The notes beneath the pieces are model-generated. The model made no database searches, was not told where the DNA came from, and saw nothing but the letters and a program-made list of their open reading frames with translations. From NCBI GenBank assembly GCA_027459485.1, contig DAIDIG010000005.1:154222-218221 (forward strand): a DNA stretch of 64,000 bases, in the 5' to 3' direction. A program made the translations under genes and the position numbers. Positions 27,297-36,892 of this stretch are shown piece after piece (positions within the stretch are counted from its first letter, which is position 1; each line of letters begins with the position of its first letter). Source of the DNA: Bdellovibrionales bacterium. Its GTDB lineage: Bacteria; Bdellovibrionota; Bdellovibrionia; Bdellovibrionales; UBA1609.

Positions 27297-28266
27297 TGAT
27301 TTCCCTTTTATGAAATTGCCCTTGGTACGCATTGTGCAGACGCATGAAATCGAGAATGTATTGATACGAGGCCATTTTCTGCGCTGTCCATTGCGGGGCC
27401 ACCAACTCCTCGTGCCGGCTCGAGAGTGCCGACAGACGGTGAACAAACAGTCCCGGCCGAACGTGCTGAAGAAACAACGTCACTCGACGCGCGTACTCCT
27501 CAAGCGAAACCGGCCGAAACAACCCTGCCGCATAATCGTCAGCGAGAGGAGTGTTCACCAGCACGTGCAAGTTATGCAACTTCACGTCGTCGATCGGGAG
27601 CGCGCTCGCAATTTCGGCCGCCAGGCGGATCTCATCATCGGTTTCGTCGGGCAAACCCAAAATGAGGTGAATGCCCATATGCAAATCCGGAAGCTGCTCG
27701 CGCGTTCGCTTGATCGCCGCGATTGAGCGCGCCGCCGTGTGACCGCGCCTCATCCACACGAGCTGTTCTTCGTCAAAACTTTGCACGCCGTACTCGACGG
27801 CGACATAGGTCTTTTGCGAGTATTCGCGCAAGAGATCAAACAGCGCCTCTGAAATACAATCGGGCCGGGTGCCAATGACAACCCCGACAACATCGGGTTG
27901 CGCGAGCGCCACAGCGATTTGAGATCGCAATTCAATGACGCGCGCGAAGGTCGTGGTGTACGCCTGAAAGTAAACGAGAAAACGGGCGCAATTGAGCTTA
28001 CGCAATATCCGACGGCGTGATTCGGCGATCTGCTCCTCGAGTGAACTCGACTGCAAATCGGGGTAGGCCGATGAGCCCCATGCATCGCAAAAATTACACG
28101 TTTTCATACCGCGCAGGCCCTCGCGATTGGGGCAAGTGGTGGCGACCGAAACCGGAATCTTATAGACCTTTTGACCGAATCGCTCGCGGTAGTGACGACT
28201 GATTGGGTTGTATGGCACTTGCCAAACAAGATCGTGCTGCATAGAGGTGTAGTAATGCAGGCTCAC
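27265..28266 (-). CDS. radical SAM protein, TIGR01212/YhcC-like
   Basis: RERFGQKVYKIPVSVATTCPNREGLRGMKTCNFC parallels the YhcC N-terminus as I recall it. The start is GTG 28266 or ATG 28242. Confidence 0.8.
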   Translation of the reverse strand: MSLHYYTSMQHDLVWQVPYNPISRHYRERFGQKVYKIPVSVATTCPNREGLRGMKTCNFCDAWGSSAYPDLQSSSLEEQIAESRRRILRKLNCARFLVYFQAYTTTFARVIELRSQIAVALAQPDVVGVVIGTRPDCISEALFDLLREYSQKTYVAVEYGVQSFDEEQLVWMRRGHTAARSIAAIKRTREQLPDLHMGIHLILGLPDETDDEIRLAAEIASALPIDDVKLHNLHVLVNTPLADDYAAGLFRPVSLEEYARRVTLFLQHVRPGLFVHRLSALSSRHEELVAPQWTAQKMASYQYILDFMRLHNAYQGQFHKREINETRVDVVSL

Positions 28267-29103
28267 CCATCGCGCAAGACGTTTCCGCTCTCCGACAACG
28301 CTCCCACGTACACATTCGAGGGCACGTCCTATCAGTTCATCACAACCGAGGACGGCAGTCCTTCCATTCGTATGTGGCGCTCGTCAATCGGTGCTGAGAT
28401 GCCGGCCGAAGCCATGCACCATTGCGCGGGGGCGCTGAGCGAAAGCGTTTACATTTACGGTACTCTCGTCGACGAAGTGATTTCGCGCGGTTGGCCTGCG
28501 CGAATTTTGTCGGTGGGCCTTGGCTGCGCTTACAACGAATGGATCGCGCTCGCTCGCCTGCTTCACACTGACTGCTCTGCTGAATCCATTTATCTTGAAA
28601 GCTTCGAGGCGGATCCGCGCCTGAATGGTTCGTTTAAACTCTGGTTGTTCGAGGAGTTTTCTGATCCGTTCTCGCACCTGTACACAGAAGTTGTGAACAA
28701 AGTATCGAACCACTTCGGCTTGGATGCACAGAATCTCAAGACGTTTGGACGAAATGCGTTTGAAAAAGAACAATGGCGAATTCGCGACCGTCTTGAAAAG
28801 GGCCTTGCATTTCATACAAAATTTACGGCGATTTTTTTCGATGCATTTAGCACGAAGGCCACTCCCGAATTGTGGAGCGAACCGTTTCTCGATTGGTTTT
28901 TGGCTCAAGCCGCCGACACGAATTGTGGGCTTTCAACTTATGCTGCCACCGGCCGCCTCAATCGCGCACTTAAACACGCGGGTTTTGTGCTTGTACCGTA
29001 CAGGGGGTTTTCGGGTAAACGCCAATCCACCCGCGCCTTTCGCGAAACCACGCCCATTTCGCACGTGACATCTCAGGCGCAGAGAAATACGTTGGTGCCG
29101 TGA
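28255..29103 (+). CDS. MnmC-like SAM-dependent methyltransferase domain protein (DUF752-type)
   Basis: TEDGSPSIRM, ILSVGLGCAYN and FFDAFSTKATPELWSEPFL resemble the MnmC methyltransferase half. There is no FAD oxidase domain. Confidence 0.6.
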   Translation: MQAHPSRKTFPLSDNAPTYTFEGTSYQFITTEDGSPSIRMWRSSIGAEMPAEAMHHCAGALSESVYIYGTLVDEVISRGWPARILSVGLGCAYNEWIALARLLHTDCSAESIYLESFEADPRLNGSFKLWLFEEFSDPFSHLYTEVVNKVSNHFGLDAQNLKTFGRNAFEKEQWRIRDRLEKGLAFHTKFTAIFFDAFSTKATPELWSEPFLDWFLAQAADTNCGLSTYAATGRLNRALKHAGFVLVPYRGFSGKRQSTRAFRETTPISHVTSQAQRNTLVP

Positions 29104-30818
29104 AGATTTGGCTCAAACTTTGGCCCGAAGTAAAGGCCTATAAAAAGCAATTTATTCAGGTTTTGGTCCTTGGGGTTGTCACGAGCAGTTTCAAGCTCGC
29201 GATCCCACCATTGACTAACTTTTTATTTACAGCCTGGCAGAATCGCGAGCCGTCGCGCGAAGTTTGGCTGCTCCCGCCGCTTTTAGGTCTGATGTGGGTG
29301 TTCAGTTGTATCGCGCGCTATTTTCATCTTTACATCATGAAGTACACCGCCGAGAAAATTTCGGTGAATCAACGCCGTCAACTCATGGATAAATACCTTT
29401 CGCTCAATCTTTCGTTCTTTCAAGAAATCGAACGCGGCACTGGCGGACTTATTTCGCGCATGCTCAACGACATAATCATCATCAAAAGCGGCATCGATAA
29501 AATCGCAGATGTCCTGCGTGAACCGCTCCTAATCATCGGTCTATTCAGCTATCTCGTGTATCTTGACTGGAAGCTCACTCTGTTTTTGATCGTGGCATCG
29601 CCCATTGTCGTGGTGGTTTTAAAAAATCTCGCTCGCAGCATCCGAAAGTACGCCCATCGAAATCAAGAGACGATGGAGGATCTCACCCGTACATTAAAGG
29701 AAAGTCTCGACGGCACCAAAGTCGTCCAGTCTTTTCTGCTCGAAGGCGAACTCCACCGAAAGTTCAACGTGCAGGCCGACAATTATCTGCAAACTCGACG
29801 CGAGATTATCGCACGCGAAGAACTCGGCGGGCCCCTTAGCGAAGCTCTCACCGCCTTTTTTCTAATTGGGCTTTTTGAATTCGTCAGTTATCAGGTGTTT
29901 CACTCCCATTTGACAGTCGCGAATTTTATGACGTTTATTTTTGCGATGGGGCTATTGCAAGATGCTGTCCGCCGACTGCAAGACGCGTACATCCGCGTTC
30001 AACAAGCCGCCACGGGGATGGAGCGCCTAGAAGGTATTCTTCAATCGCAGCCCGAAGTTGTCGAGCCCGAAAAACCAATAATATTCCCTGAAAATTGGCA
30101 GACGATCGAATTTCGCAACGTGACTTTCTCATATGCCGACGAACCGGTTTTGAAGCGACTCAACCTCACGATTCGTCGTTCTGAAGTTGTCGCGATCGTC
30201 GGCTCGAGCGGCAGCGGTAAATCGACTATAGCCAATTTAATGCAGAGATTTTTTGATCCGCAAGAAGGCGAAGTTCTCATCGACGGCGTGCCGATTTCAC
30301 AAATGCGGCTAGCAGACCTTAGGCGCCATATTGCGCTTGTCACTCAAGACGTGTTTTTGTTCAACGATTCGATCGAGCGAAACATTCAACTCGGCAATCT
30401 TGAAAAGAATTCAGCGGATATCCGAAAGGCTGCCAAATTGGCAAACGCCGATTCGTTCATTCAACAAACGCCGCTTGGGTACCAAACATCCGTGGGCGAT
30501 TTTGGCAGCCGCATTTCAGGCGGCGAAAAGCAGCGTATCAGTATCGCGCGCGCCATTTTGAAAGATGCACCGATTTTAATTCTAGATGAGGCGACCAGCG
30601 CTCTCGATTCTGAAAGCGAACTCGAAGTGCAAAAAGGGCTCAATCAGTTGCTCAAAGGGCGCACGGCGATTGTCATTGCCCATCGGCTCTCCACAATTGC
30701 GAAGGCCGATCGTATTATTGTCTTAAAGAAAGGTGAAATCGTCGAAGAAGGCGACCATTCGCAACTTCTCGAGCGCCGGGGCGAATATTTCAAATTCCAT
30801 GAAATGCAGCACGGCTAA
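29100..30818 (+). CDS. ABC exporter, fused permease-ATPase (MsbA-like)
   Basis: It has six N-terminal TM helices, Walker A GSSGSGKST, signature SGGEKQR and Walker B ILILDEATS. The GTG start overlaps the upstream stop (GTGA). Confidence 0.85.
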   Translation: MKIWLKLWPEVKAYKKQFIQVLVLGVVTSSFKLAIPPLTNFLFTAWQNREPSREVWLLPPLLGLMWVFSCIARYFHLYIMKYTAEKISVNQRRQLMDKYLSLNLSFFQEIERGTGGLISRMLNDIIIIKSGIDKIADVLREPLLIIGLFSYLVYLDWKLTLFLIVASPIVVVVLKNLARSIRKYAHRNQETMEDLTRTLKESLDGTKVVQSFLLEGELHRKFNVQADNYLQTRREIIAREELGGPLSEALTAFFLIGLFEFVSYQVFHSHLTVANFMTFIFAMGLLQDAVRRLQDAYIRVQQAATGMERLEGILQSQPEVVEPEKPIIFPENWQTIEFRNVTFSYADEPVLKRLNLTIRRSEVVAIVGSSGSGKSTIANLMQRFFDPQEGEVLIDGVPISQMRLADLRRHIALVTQDVFLFNDSIERNIQLGNLEKNSADIRKAAKLANADSFIQQTPLGYQTSVGDFGSRISGGEKQRISIARAILKDAPILILDEATSALDSESELEVQKGLNQLLKGRTAIVIAHRLSTIAKADRIIVLKKGEIVEEGDHSQLLERRGEYFKFHEMQHG

Positions 30819-30851
30819 TACCGCAGTATTTATCTCACAAATTCATCGCGT

Positions 30852-32876
30852 CTAGATCAAAGGCACAATCAAAAGCGAGACGATGGCCATTACTTTGATG
30901 AGAATATTAAGTGCCGGGCCAGCGGTATCTTTCATCGGGTCGCCAACGCTGTCACCGATGACCGTGGCCTGATGAGTTCGTGACCCGCGCCGTTCACCCG
31001 CCACCGAACCAAGTTCGACTAGCCTGCGAGCACTGGCCCAAATCCCGCCGGAGTTCGACATAAATAACCCGAGTGACACACCCGTGACAATCGCACCGAC
31101 AAGCAGTCCGCCCAGCGCATCGGGACCGGCCAATTTGCCGACCAATATAGGCGCGACGACGGCAATGATGACCGGCAAATTCATTTCTTTTAGCGCAGCT
31201 TCGGCAGAAATTTGAATACACCGACTGTTATCAGGAGTGCCCGTACCATTCAGCAGCCCAGGTATTTCACGAAATTGTCGGCGGATCTCGACAACAACTT
31301 TCGCTGCCGCACGCGCAACCGCTTTGATTGTCACGGATGAAACAAATAAAACAATCAAAGCACCGGCCAGTATCCCGGCGAACACTTTGGGTTCAGCTAC
31401 ACTTGTCGACGACGCCACTCCCCGCGCATGAAGCGCTTGTTCAAATGCCAGAAACAATGAAAGCGAAGTCATCGTCGCGGCCGCGACCGAAAAACCTTTG
31501 CCGATTGTGGCGGTGCGGTTCCCCAATGTATCGAGTTCATCCGTTATTTCTCGCACATCGGCGCCAAGATTCGCCATTTCGGCAATGCCACTCGCATTAT
31601 CGGTGATGGGCCCGTAAGAGTCGAGTGTCATTATCATAGCAATAGTTGCTAACATGCCGACGGCAGCTAACGATATCCCAAATGCCCCAGCGCACAGGTA
31701 AGAGCCGACAATCGCCGCTGCTATCACAATCAGCGGCCATGAAGCCGACTCGAACCCCGCAGCTAGGCCCGCCATAAAATTTGTAGCAACACCACTTCGA
31801 GCCGCTTCGGCCACACTTCGCGGCGTGCCGCCGTTCGTGTAAATCTGGATAATTTTACCAATGACGTATCCGCTGACGGCTCCAATCACGACAGAATAAA
31901 AAATATTGAGCGTGTAACCACCCGACAGCAACAGCCCCAAAGAAGCACCAAGAAAACTGAGCAAGGCCACAAATTCGACGACGATGACAGCTTTAGACGC
32001 CGAGAGTTTACGAGTGACATTCGCCACAAGAGTGGCAAACAGCGAAGCACCAAGGCCAATGACAACCAAAAACAACGGCAATCCCATTAAAAGATCTGAA
32101 TCGACTCCACCGAATCGAGATCGAATCACTTGTTCCGGCAAAAAGCTCGCGAGAACAACCGCGGCGACAATCGCCCCAACGAAAGATTCAAAAATATCGG
32201 CCCCCATGCCGGCGATACCGCCCACATTGTCGCCGACACTGTCGGCAATAACACCGGGATTTCGCGCATCGTCTTCTGGGATGCCCCTATCCACCTTGCC
32301 GGCAAGATCCGAACCGATGTCAGCAGCGGTCGAAAAAATTCCACCGCCTAGACGCGCATAGAGTGCGATAGCCGACGCTCCCAATGAAAAACCCGCCACG
32401 ACACTCGCAAAATTCTTACCGTTTGTGTCAAAAAAATAAAAAAGGCCGCCGATCACTATAAGGGGAATGCTCGACGTGAATAGGCCGATAGCCGCGGCGC
32501 TGTTAAGAGACGAACGAAGCGCCGCTTGGGCACCCGTCGATCGTGCCGCTTCAGACGTTCGCACATTGGCGCGAGTCGAGACGCTCAGCCCAAACCAGCC
32601 GATAAGCGCCGTCGATAGCCCACCCAACGCAAAAGTAAATGCGAGCCACGGCCCGAGAAAAAACGCAACGAGCGCCGCAATCACCACTAAAAATATCCCG
32701 GCGCGAGCGAATTGAGCTTTAAGAAAAGTCATGGCCCCCGCCCGAATATCTTCGGCGATGGCACGCATTTTTTCTGTGCCAGCGGGTTGGCGGAGCAGCA
32801 AGACAAATAAAATGACAGCCGCGAGCGCACCGACGAGACCGGCAGCAGGCGCGAGAATTCGAACGTCGAAAACCAT
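30852..32876 (-). CDS. hppA: membrane-bound proton/sodium-translocating pyrophosphatase
   Basis: GDNVGD, DSVGDPMKDTAGPALNILIK and many TM helices are present. GNRTATIGKG carries Ala at the A/K position, which suggests the K+-stimulated type (inference). I moved the start to the ATG at 32876 (RBS gagg). Confidence 0.92.
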   Translation of the reverse strand: MVFDVRILAPAAGLVGALAAVILFVLLLRQPAGTEKMRAIAEDIRAGAMTFLKAQFARAGIFLVVIAALVAFFLGPWLAFTFALGGLSTALIGWFGLSVSTRANVRTSEAARSTGAQAALRSSLNSAAAIGLFTSSIPLIVIGGLFYFFDTNGKNFASVVAGFSLGASAIALYARLGGGIFSTAADIGSDLAGKVDRGIPEDDARNPGVIADSVGDNVGGIAGMGADIFESFVGAIVAAVVLASFLPEQVIRSRFGGVDSDLLMGLPLFLVVIGLGASLFATLVANVTRKLSASKAVIVVEFVALLSFLGASLGLLLSGGYTLNIFYSVVIGAVSGYVIGKIIQIYTNGGTPRSVAEAARSGVATNFMAGLAAGFESASWPLIVIAAAIVGSYLCAGAFGISLAAVGMLATIAMIMTLDSYGPITDNASGIAEMANLGADVREITDELDTLGNRTATIGKGFSVAAATMTSLSLFLAFEQALHARGVASSTSVAEPKVFAGILAGALIVLFVSSVTIKAVARAAAKVVVEIRRQFREIPGLLNGTGTPDNSRCIQISAEAALKEMNLPVIIAVVAPILVGKLAGPDALGGLLVGAIVTGVSLGLFMSNSGGIWASARRLVELGSVAGERRGSRTHQATVIGDSVGDPMKDTAGPALNILIKVMAIVSLLIVPLI

Positions 32877-32925
32877 GTCTACCTCGTGACTTTTCATTGT
32901 TAGGTGTTAAGCTGGGTTTGTCTAT

Positions 32926-33279
32926 ATGAATCCACAAGTTTTCAAAATCATTCATATCGTTTCGGTCTTACTTTTATTCTACGCATTTGGTGCATTGAGT
33001 GGAATTGGCAAACCGGCTGACGACACGAAGACATCATCCGGGCGCGGGTTCAAAGCGTTGCACGGCATCGCGCTACTTTTGATATTACTGACTGGCTTGG
33101 CCCAAATGATGGCGCTGAAAATCGGCTTCGCGCCGTGGATTCACGTGAAGCTCGGCATTTGGCTTTTATTGGGTGCCGCACTCCCGCTCGTCACGCGCAA
33201 ACCTCAATGGCGTTCTTGGATTTGGCTTGTGCTACTTGCGTTGGCTGCTACCGCAGTCACCGCGGCCATTATGCATTGA
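32926..33279 (+). CDS. small integral membrane protein (about 4 TM), unknown function
   Basis: Support comes from the hydrophobic profile only. The 3' end overlaps the convergent methyltransferase gene by 11 bp. Confidence 0.45.
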   Translation: MNPQVFKIIHIVSVLLLFYAFGALSGIGKPADDTKTSSGRGFKALHGIALLLILLTGLAQMMALKIGFAPWIHVKLGIWLLLGAALPLVTRKPQWRSWIWLVLLALAATAVTAAIMH

Positions 33280-34405
33280 TTTTATATTCGAGAAATCGGC
33301 ATTCGATTGGTCCATTGAACACGGGCATGCGTCGGCTCGCTTTTAGTTTCAATGCCCCAGTTAACTCTTCGTTGCCTGACAAAATCCAACACGTCCAACC
33401 TTTGAAATTTCGTTTGAGACTAAACGCTAAATCTCGATAGACGTCTTTTAACTCTTCGGTGATGCCGAGCCGCTCACCGTATGGCGGGTTTACGATCAAG
33501 ATGCCAGGCTCCGCGCCGGGTGGAGGCGTCAAGACATCAATGGCGCTTGCGGCAAAAGTGATGTCGTCCTCGACTCCGGCACGTTGAGCGTTATTCATCG
33601 CGACACGCACCATACGCGAATACTTATCGAACCCGTAAAAATGGACGTTGGCTTTTTCAATCTCGGCACTGAGAGTTTCAGTCACGACACGATCCCACGC
33701 CTCGCGCTGAAAACCTCTGAAGTTCTGAAAAGCGAATTTCTTTCGAAACGAACCGGGAGCGATCTTTCGCGCGCGCAAAGCCGCCTCGATTAGGATGGTG
33801 CCCGAACCGCACATCGGGTCGATGATCGTCACATTTTGTGACCAACCCGAAAGCGCCAAGAGACCGGCAGCCAAGTGTTCTCGCAGGGGAGCTTCGCCGG
33901 CCTCCGTGCGATACCCGCGCTGGCTGAGCGAATCACCGCTTGTATCGATCGCGACGTTCACTTGATTTTTCACGACCCGCACGGCGACGCGTAGGGCGGG
34001 GTTATCCGTGTCGACATCGGGGCGCTTACCGTCAAAGGCGTCACGAAATTGATCGACAATGGCATCTTTTACTTTCATTGCGACAAAACGTTGATCGCGA
34101 AAGCCACTTTCTCTCACGTTCGCATCCACCGCAATCGTCTGCCCCACGTCTATATATTTAGTAAAATCGTGCTTTCGAATGTTGTGATAGAGTTCATCCG
34201 GCTGATAAGCGGGGAAGTCGAGCACCGGCTTCAAAACTCGAGTCGCCGTGCGAAGTTCGAGATTGGCGCGATAGCACCCTTCCCAATTCGACTCAAATGT
34301 GACTCCCGCAGATGTCTTGTTAATGACATTGAGGCCGAGACTACTGATTTCATCACTTAAGACATCAATTAAACCGCGGGATGTGGCCGCTATAAATTCT
34401 GGCAT
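33269..34405 (-). CDS. THUMP-domain class I SAM-dependent RNA methyltransferase (RlmL/YpsC-like)
   Basis: An N-terminal THUMP-like region is followed by DPMCGSGTILIEA and the NPPYGERLG catalytic motif. Confidence 0.8.
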   Translation of the reverse strand: MPEFIAATSRGLIDVLSDEISSLGLNVINKTSAGVTFESNWEGCYRANLELRTATRVLKPVLDFPAYQPDELYHNIRKHDFTKYIDVGQTIAVDANVRESGFRDQRFVAMKVKDAIVDQFRDAFDGKRPDVDTDNPALRVAVRVVKNQVNVAIDTSGDSLSQRGYRTEAGEAPLREHLAAGLLALSGWSQNVTIIDPMCGSGTILIEAALRARKIAPGSFRKKFAFQNFRGFQREAWDRVVTETLSAEIEKANVHFYGFDKYSRMVRVAMNNAQRAGVEDDITFAASAIDVLTPPPGAEPGILIVNPPYGERLGITEELKDVYRDLAFSLKRNFKGWTCWILSGNEELTGALKLKASRRMPVFNGPIECRFLEYKINA

Positions 34406-34408
34406 TCT

Positions 34409-34696
34409 TTACTCATCCGGCGACTCGCCGTCATCTTCGTCTCCGGAATTGCTCTTAGCATTCTTCACAACTTTCGCGTTCAGCGCGCGTCGATCGAGAG
34501 TGGCGGTTGGCACAAACAACTGAGATTGCACCTTGAGATCGTCTTCATCTTGCCCGCCTGGATAGCTCAATCGAATCGCCGACCTTTTATTGACCTGCTG
34601 TTGCCCGGCGGGTGCATTTTGCACGATTGGCATCGGCGCTTGCGCCCAACTTTTCGATATCGGCAAAACAAACAGCGTCACGATAAGTGCGAACAT
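34409..34696 (-). CDS. small secreted protein with acidic tail, unknown function
   Basis: It has a signal peptide (LFVLPISKSWAQA) and sits 3 bp from the downstream gene. I recognised no family. Confidence 0.35.
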   Translation of the reverse strand: MFALIVTLFVLPISKSWAQAPMPIVQNAPAGQQQVNKRSAIRLSYPGGQDEDDLKVQSQLFVPTATLDRRALNAKVVKNAKSNSGDEDDGESPDE

Positions 34697-34720
34697 TTGA
34701 ACCTCCGTTTGCCTATCGTA

Positions 34721-35572
34721 TCATGACTCACGCCGAGAGTTCAGTCGCCTATGAGAAAATTGTGGGATTTGTGCCCGCACGGTCTCCAGCCGGTCCTGGT
34801 CCAATTCCACAGCGACCTCTGCTGGTCCGCGTTTTTCGATGTCGACGAGGACTTCGCCCCAAGGGTCGATCACAAGCGAATGGCCAAAGGTGTCTCGACT
34901 CTGCCCGCGCAAGTTTTGATGACCGCCGCTTTGAGCCGCAGCGACGACAAAGGCCTGGGACTCAATAGCTCGCGCTCGCAATAGCGTATGCCAATGCGCT
35001 TCGCCTGTCGGTACTAAAAAGGCCGATGGAACAAGCAGAAGATCCACTTCATGTTCGGCATAATAATTATACAAATCGGCGAAACGCAGGTCGTAACAAA
35101 TCGAAAGGCCGATCTTCCACCCATCGATTTCGATGATACGTGGCGATTTTCCGGCCATAAAAAAATCAGACTCGCGCACCGGGGGAGCGCCCTTCACATC
35201 CACATCGAACAAATGAAGCTTATCGTATGCATTCACGATTTCGCCGGAGGGGCTCACCCAAATCGTTGAGTTCGTGGGTTTGCCGTGCCCCTTCAAAGGC
35301 ACTGAACCAATCAAAAGGTGCGCCTTATTTTGGGCAGCGAACTGGCGAAACGCCGCCCAAAAGTCCTCATTCAAATCAAAGGGCCGGGGCCCGTCGTCCG
35401 GCTCTTTTGATAGACGCAGATACAAAGAGTTTTCGGGTAAACAAATCAGACGGCAACCACTCAATGCTTTGAGCGCCCGCAGGATATTTTCGATGTTATC
35501 GTCGACATTGTCGGTCGAAGACAATTGAGCGACCCCGACAAGAAGCGACTGTTTAGCGTTATTGTTGCGCAT
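34721..35572 (-). CDS. carbon-nitrogen hydrolase (nitrilase superfamily, Nit/omega-amidase-like)
   Basis: The E-K-C triad contexts are CLPENS, YDKLHLFD and LSICYDLRF. Confidence 0.8.
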   Translation of the reverse strand: MRNNNAKQSLLVGVAQLSSTDNVDDNIENILRALKALSGCRLICLPENSLYLRLSKEPDDGPRPFDLNEDFWAAFRQFAAQNKAHLLIGSVPLKGHGKPTNSTIWVSPSGEIVNAYDKLHLFDVDVKGAPPVRESDFFMAGKSPRIIEIDGWKIGLSICYDLRFADLYNYYAEHEVDLLLVPSAFLVPTGEAHWHTLLRARAIESQAFVVAAAQSGGHQNLRGQSRDTFGHSLVIDPWGEVLVDIEKRGPAEVAVELDQDRLETVRAQIPQFSHRRLNSRRES

Positions 35573-35903
35573 CGGTTGTGGTTACAGAGGTAACGTCCCG
35601 GCACTTCCAATTGGCTTTTTCGAGATTGGTTTTGATATTTTTCGCGACACGGGTACAGCTCGGCATAAATCGGCCATGGGCCACTTCATGATCCAACCCG
35701 TTACGCGAATAAAATGTTCGGCAATTCACATCGCCATCAGGCTTTTCTTCGATGCGAATGGTTCGCACATTCTTTTTACTTTGGCACAATACGAATTTAA
35801 GTGTTTTCGGCTTCGCCGGATGGATCGGCAATTCAACTGCGGAAGTTTGGGCCGCCCCGACGACAGCCGACAAAATAATTAAGCTTGCGAGAGCCCACCC
35901 CAA
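35559..35903 (-). CDS. small secreted 4-Cys protein, unknown function
   Basis: It has a signal peptide (LIILSAVVGAAQT). Four cysteines are present. It overlaps the downstream gene by 14 bp. Confidence 0.4.
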   Translation of the reverse strand: MGWALASLIILSAVVGAAQTSAVELPIHPAKPKTLKFVLCQSKKNVRTIRIEEKPDGDVNCRTFYSRNGLDHEVAHGRFMPSCTRVAKNIKTNLEKANWKCRDVTSVTTTDAQQ

Positions 35904-35911
35904 CTCTTCAC

Positions 35912-36178
35912 CTATGATGATTTGCGCGCCGTTTTCGACTTACCAGAAGACTTTTTCTTTTCGCGAGCGACCGCTTCAACCAATTTCACGTTAGAGTAAT
36001 CGATGTAGCCTTCAGATTTAAGTATACCCTCTTGCTTATCAAAGTGAGTCTCAACACGGACACCTTGAACTTTGACACGCAACTTCGAACGATCAAGGGC
36101 CAAAACCGCTCCGCGCGTCCCTTTTTGTGCGCCTGCAATGACCTGAACAATATCGCCTTTTTTCACTGCCAATTTCAT
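35912..36178 (-). CDS. KOW-domain protein resembling ribosomal protein L24
   Basis: KKGDIVQVIAGAQKGTRGAVL...V.VQGV...SNV fits the L24 KOW pattern. The start overlaps the rpmB stop (ATGA). It is not in a spc-operon context. Confidence 0.6.
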   Translation of the reverse strand: MKLAVKKGDIVQVIAGAQKGTRGAVLALDRSKLRVKVQGVRVETHFDKQEGILKSEGYIDYSNVKLVEAVAREKKKSSGKSKTARKSS

Positions 36179-36483
36179 TTGTCGCTCCCTCTCGTCGTTC
36201 GCTTGGCTTTGCTCTGAGCCTTGATTTTCTGTTTTACGGTTAGTGCCCGTTTCGAAAGAACGTGATCGGGCTGGTTTAAAATGTACGTGTCAAAGCCACC
36301 CACATGCTCCATGTCACGAATCGTCGAGGCTGCAACCTGCAATCGAATCGACCGGCCGAGTGACGGGCTATAAATTTGCTTTCGTTGAATATTGGGCTGA
36401 ACTAAGAATTTGGTTTTGATATTTGAGTGACTTACCAGATTCTTAACCTGTGGGCCTTTGCCCGAAAGTTCGCAGCGTGACAT
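36175..36483 (-). CDS. rpmB: 50S ribosomal protein L28
   Basis: The N-terminus MSRCELSGKGPQVKNLVSHSNIKTKF...Q.N is a typical L28 N-terminus. Confidence 0.85.
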   Translation of the reverse strand: MSRCELSGKGPQVKNLVSHSNIKTKFLVQPNIQRKQIYSPSLGRSIRLQVAASTIRDMEHVGGFDTYILNQPDHVLSKRALTVKQKIKAQSKAKRTTRGSDK

Positions 36484-36596
36484 GATTTGGCTCCGATGAA
36501 TTTATGTTAGCAAAAACAGAGGTATAATGTGAATTTACCCTTGTTGTCCACCCAATTCTATCGTATACGTTCTGTTCTTAAACGTAGGAGCGAGCC

Positions 36597-36866
36597 TTGA
36601 AAAAGTCTGTGCGTTCAAAATACCGTCCTGAATACCCTGGCGATTTTGTATTCGATTACAAAGACCCGTTGACCCTCGGCCGTTTTGTTATGGAAGGCGG
36701 CAAAATCGCTCCCGCCCGCATATCGAAGCTGAGCTTGGCCCAACAAAGGCGCTTGTCGTTAGCTATTAAACGTGCCCGCAGTTTGGCACTCTTGCCGTGC
36801 GGTGGTTTGGCTTACGATGTTCATGGCCGCGTTGAAGCCGTTTCCGCTAAGCCTTTCAGTTTGTAG
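36597..36866 (+). CDS. rpsR: 30S ribosomal protein S18
   Basis: [41 protein letters not shown] is present. The TTG start has AGGAG 6 nt upstream. Confidence 0.85.
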   Translation: MKKSVRSKYRPEYPGDFVFDYKDPLTLGRFVMEGGKIAPARISKLSLAQQRRLSLAIKRARSLALLPCGGLAYDVHGRVEAVSAKPFSL

Positions 36867-36892
36867 TCTTGGCTTGTACGCCTTGTGACCGA

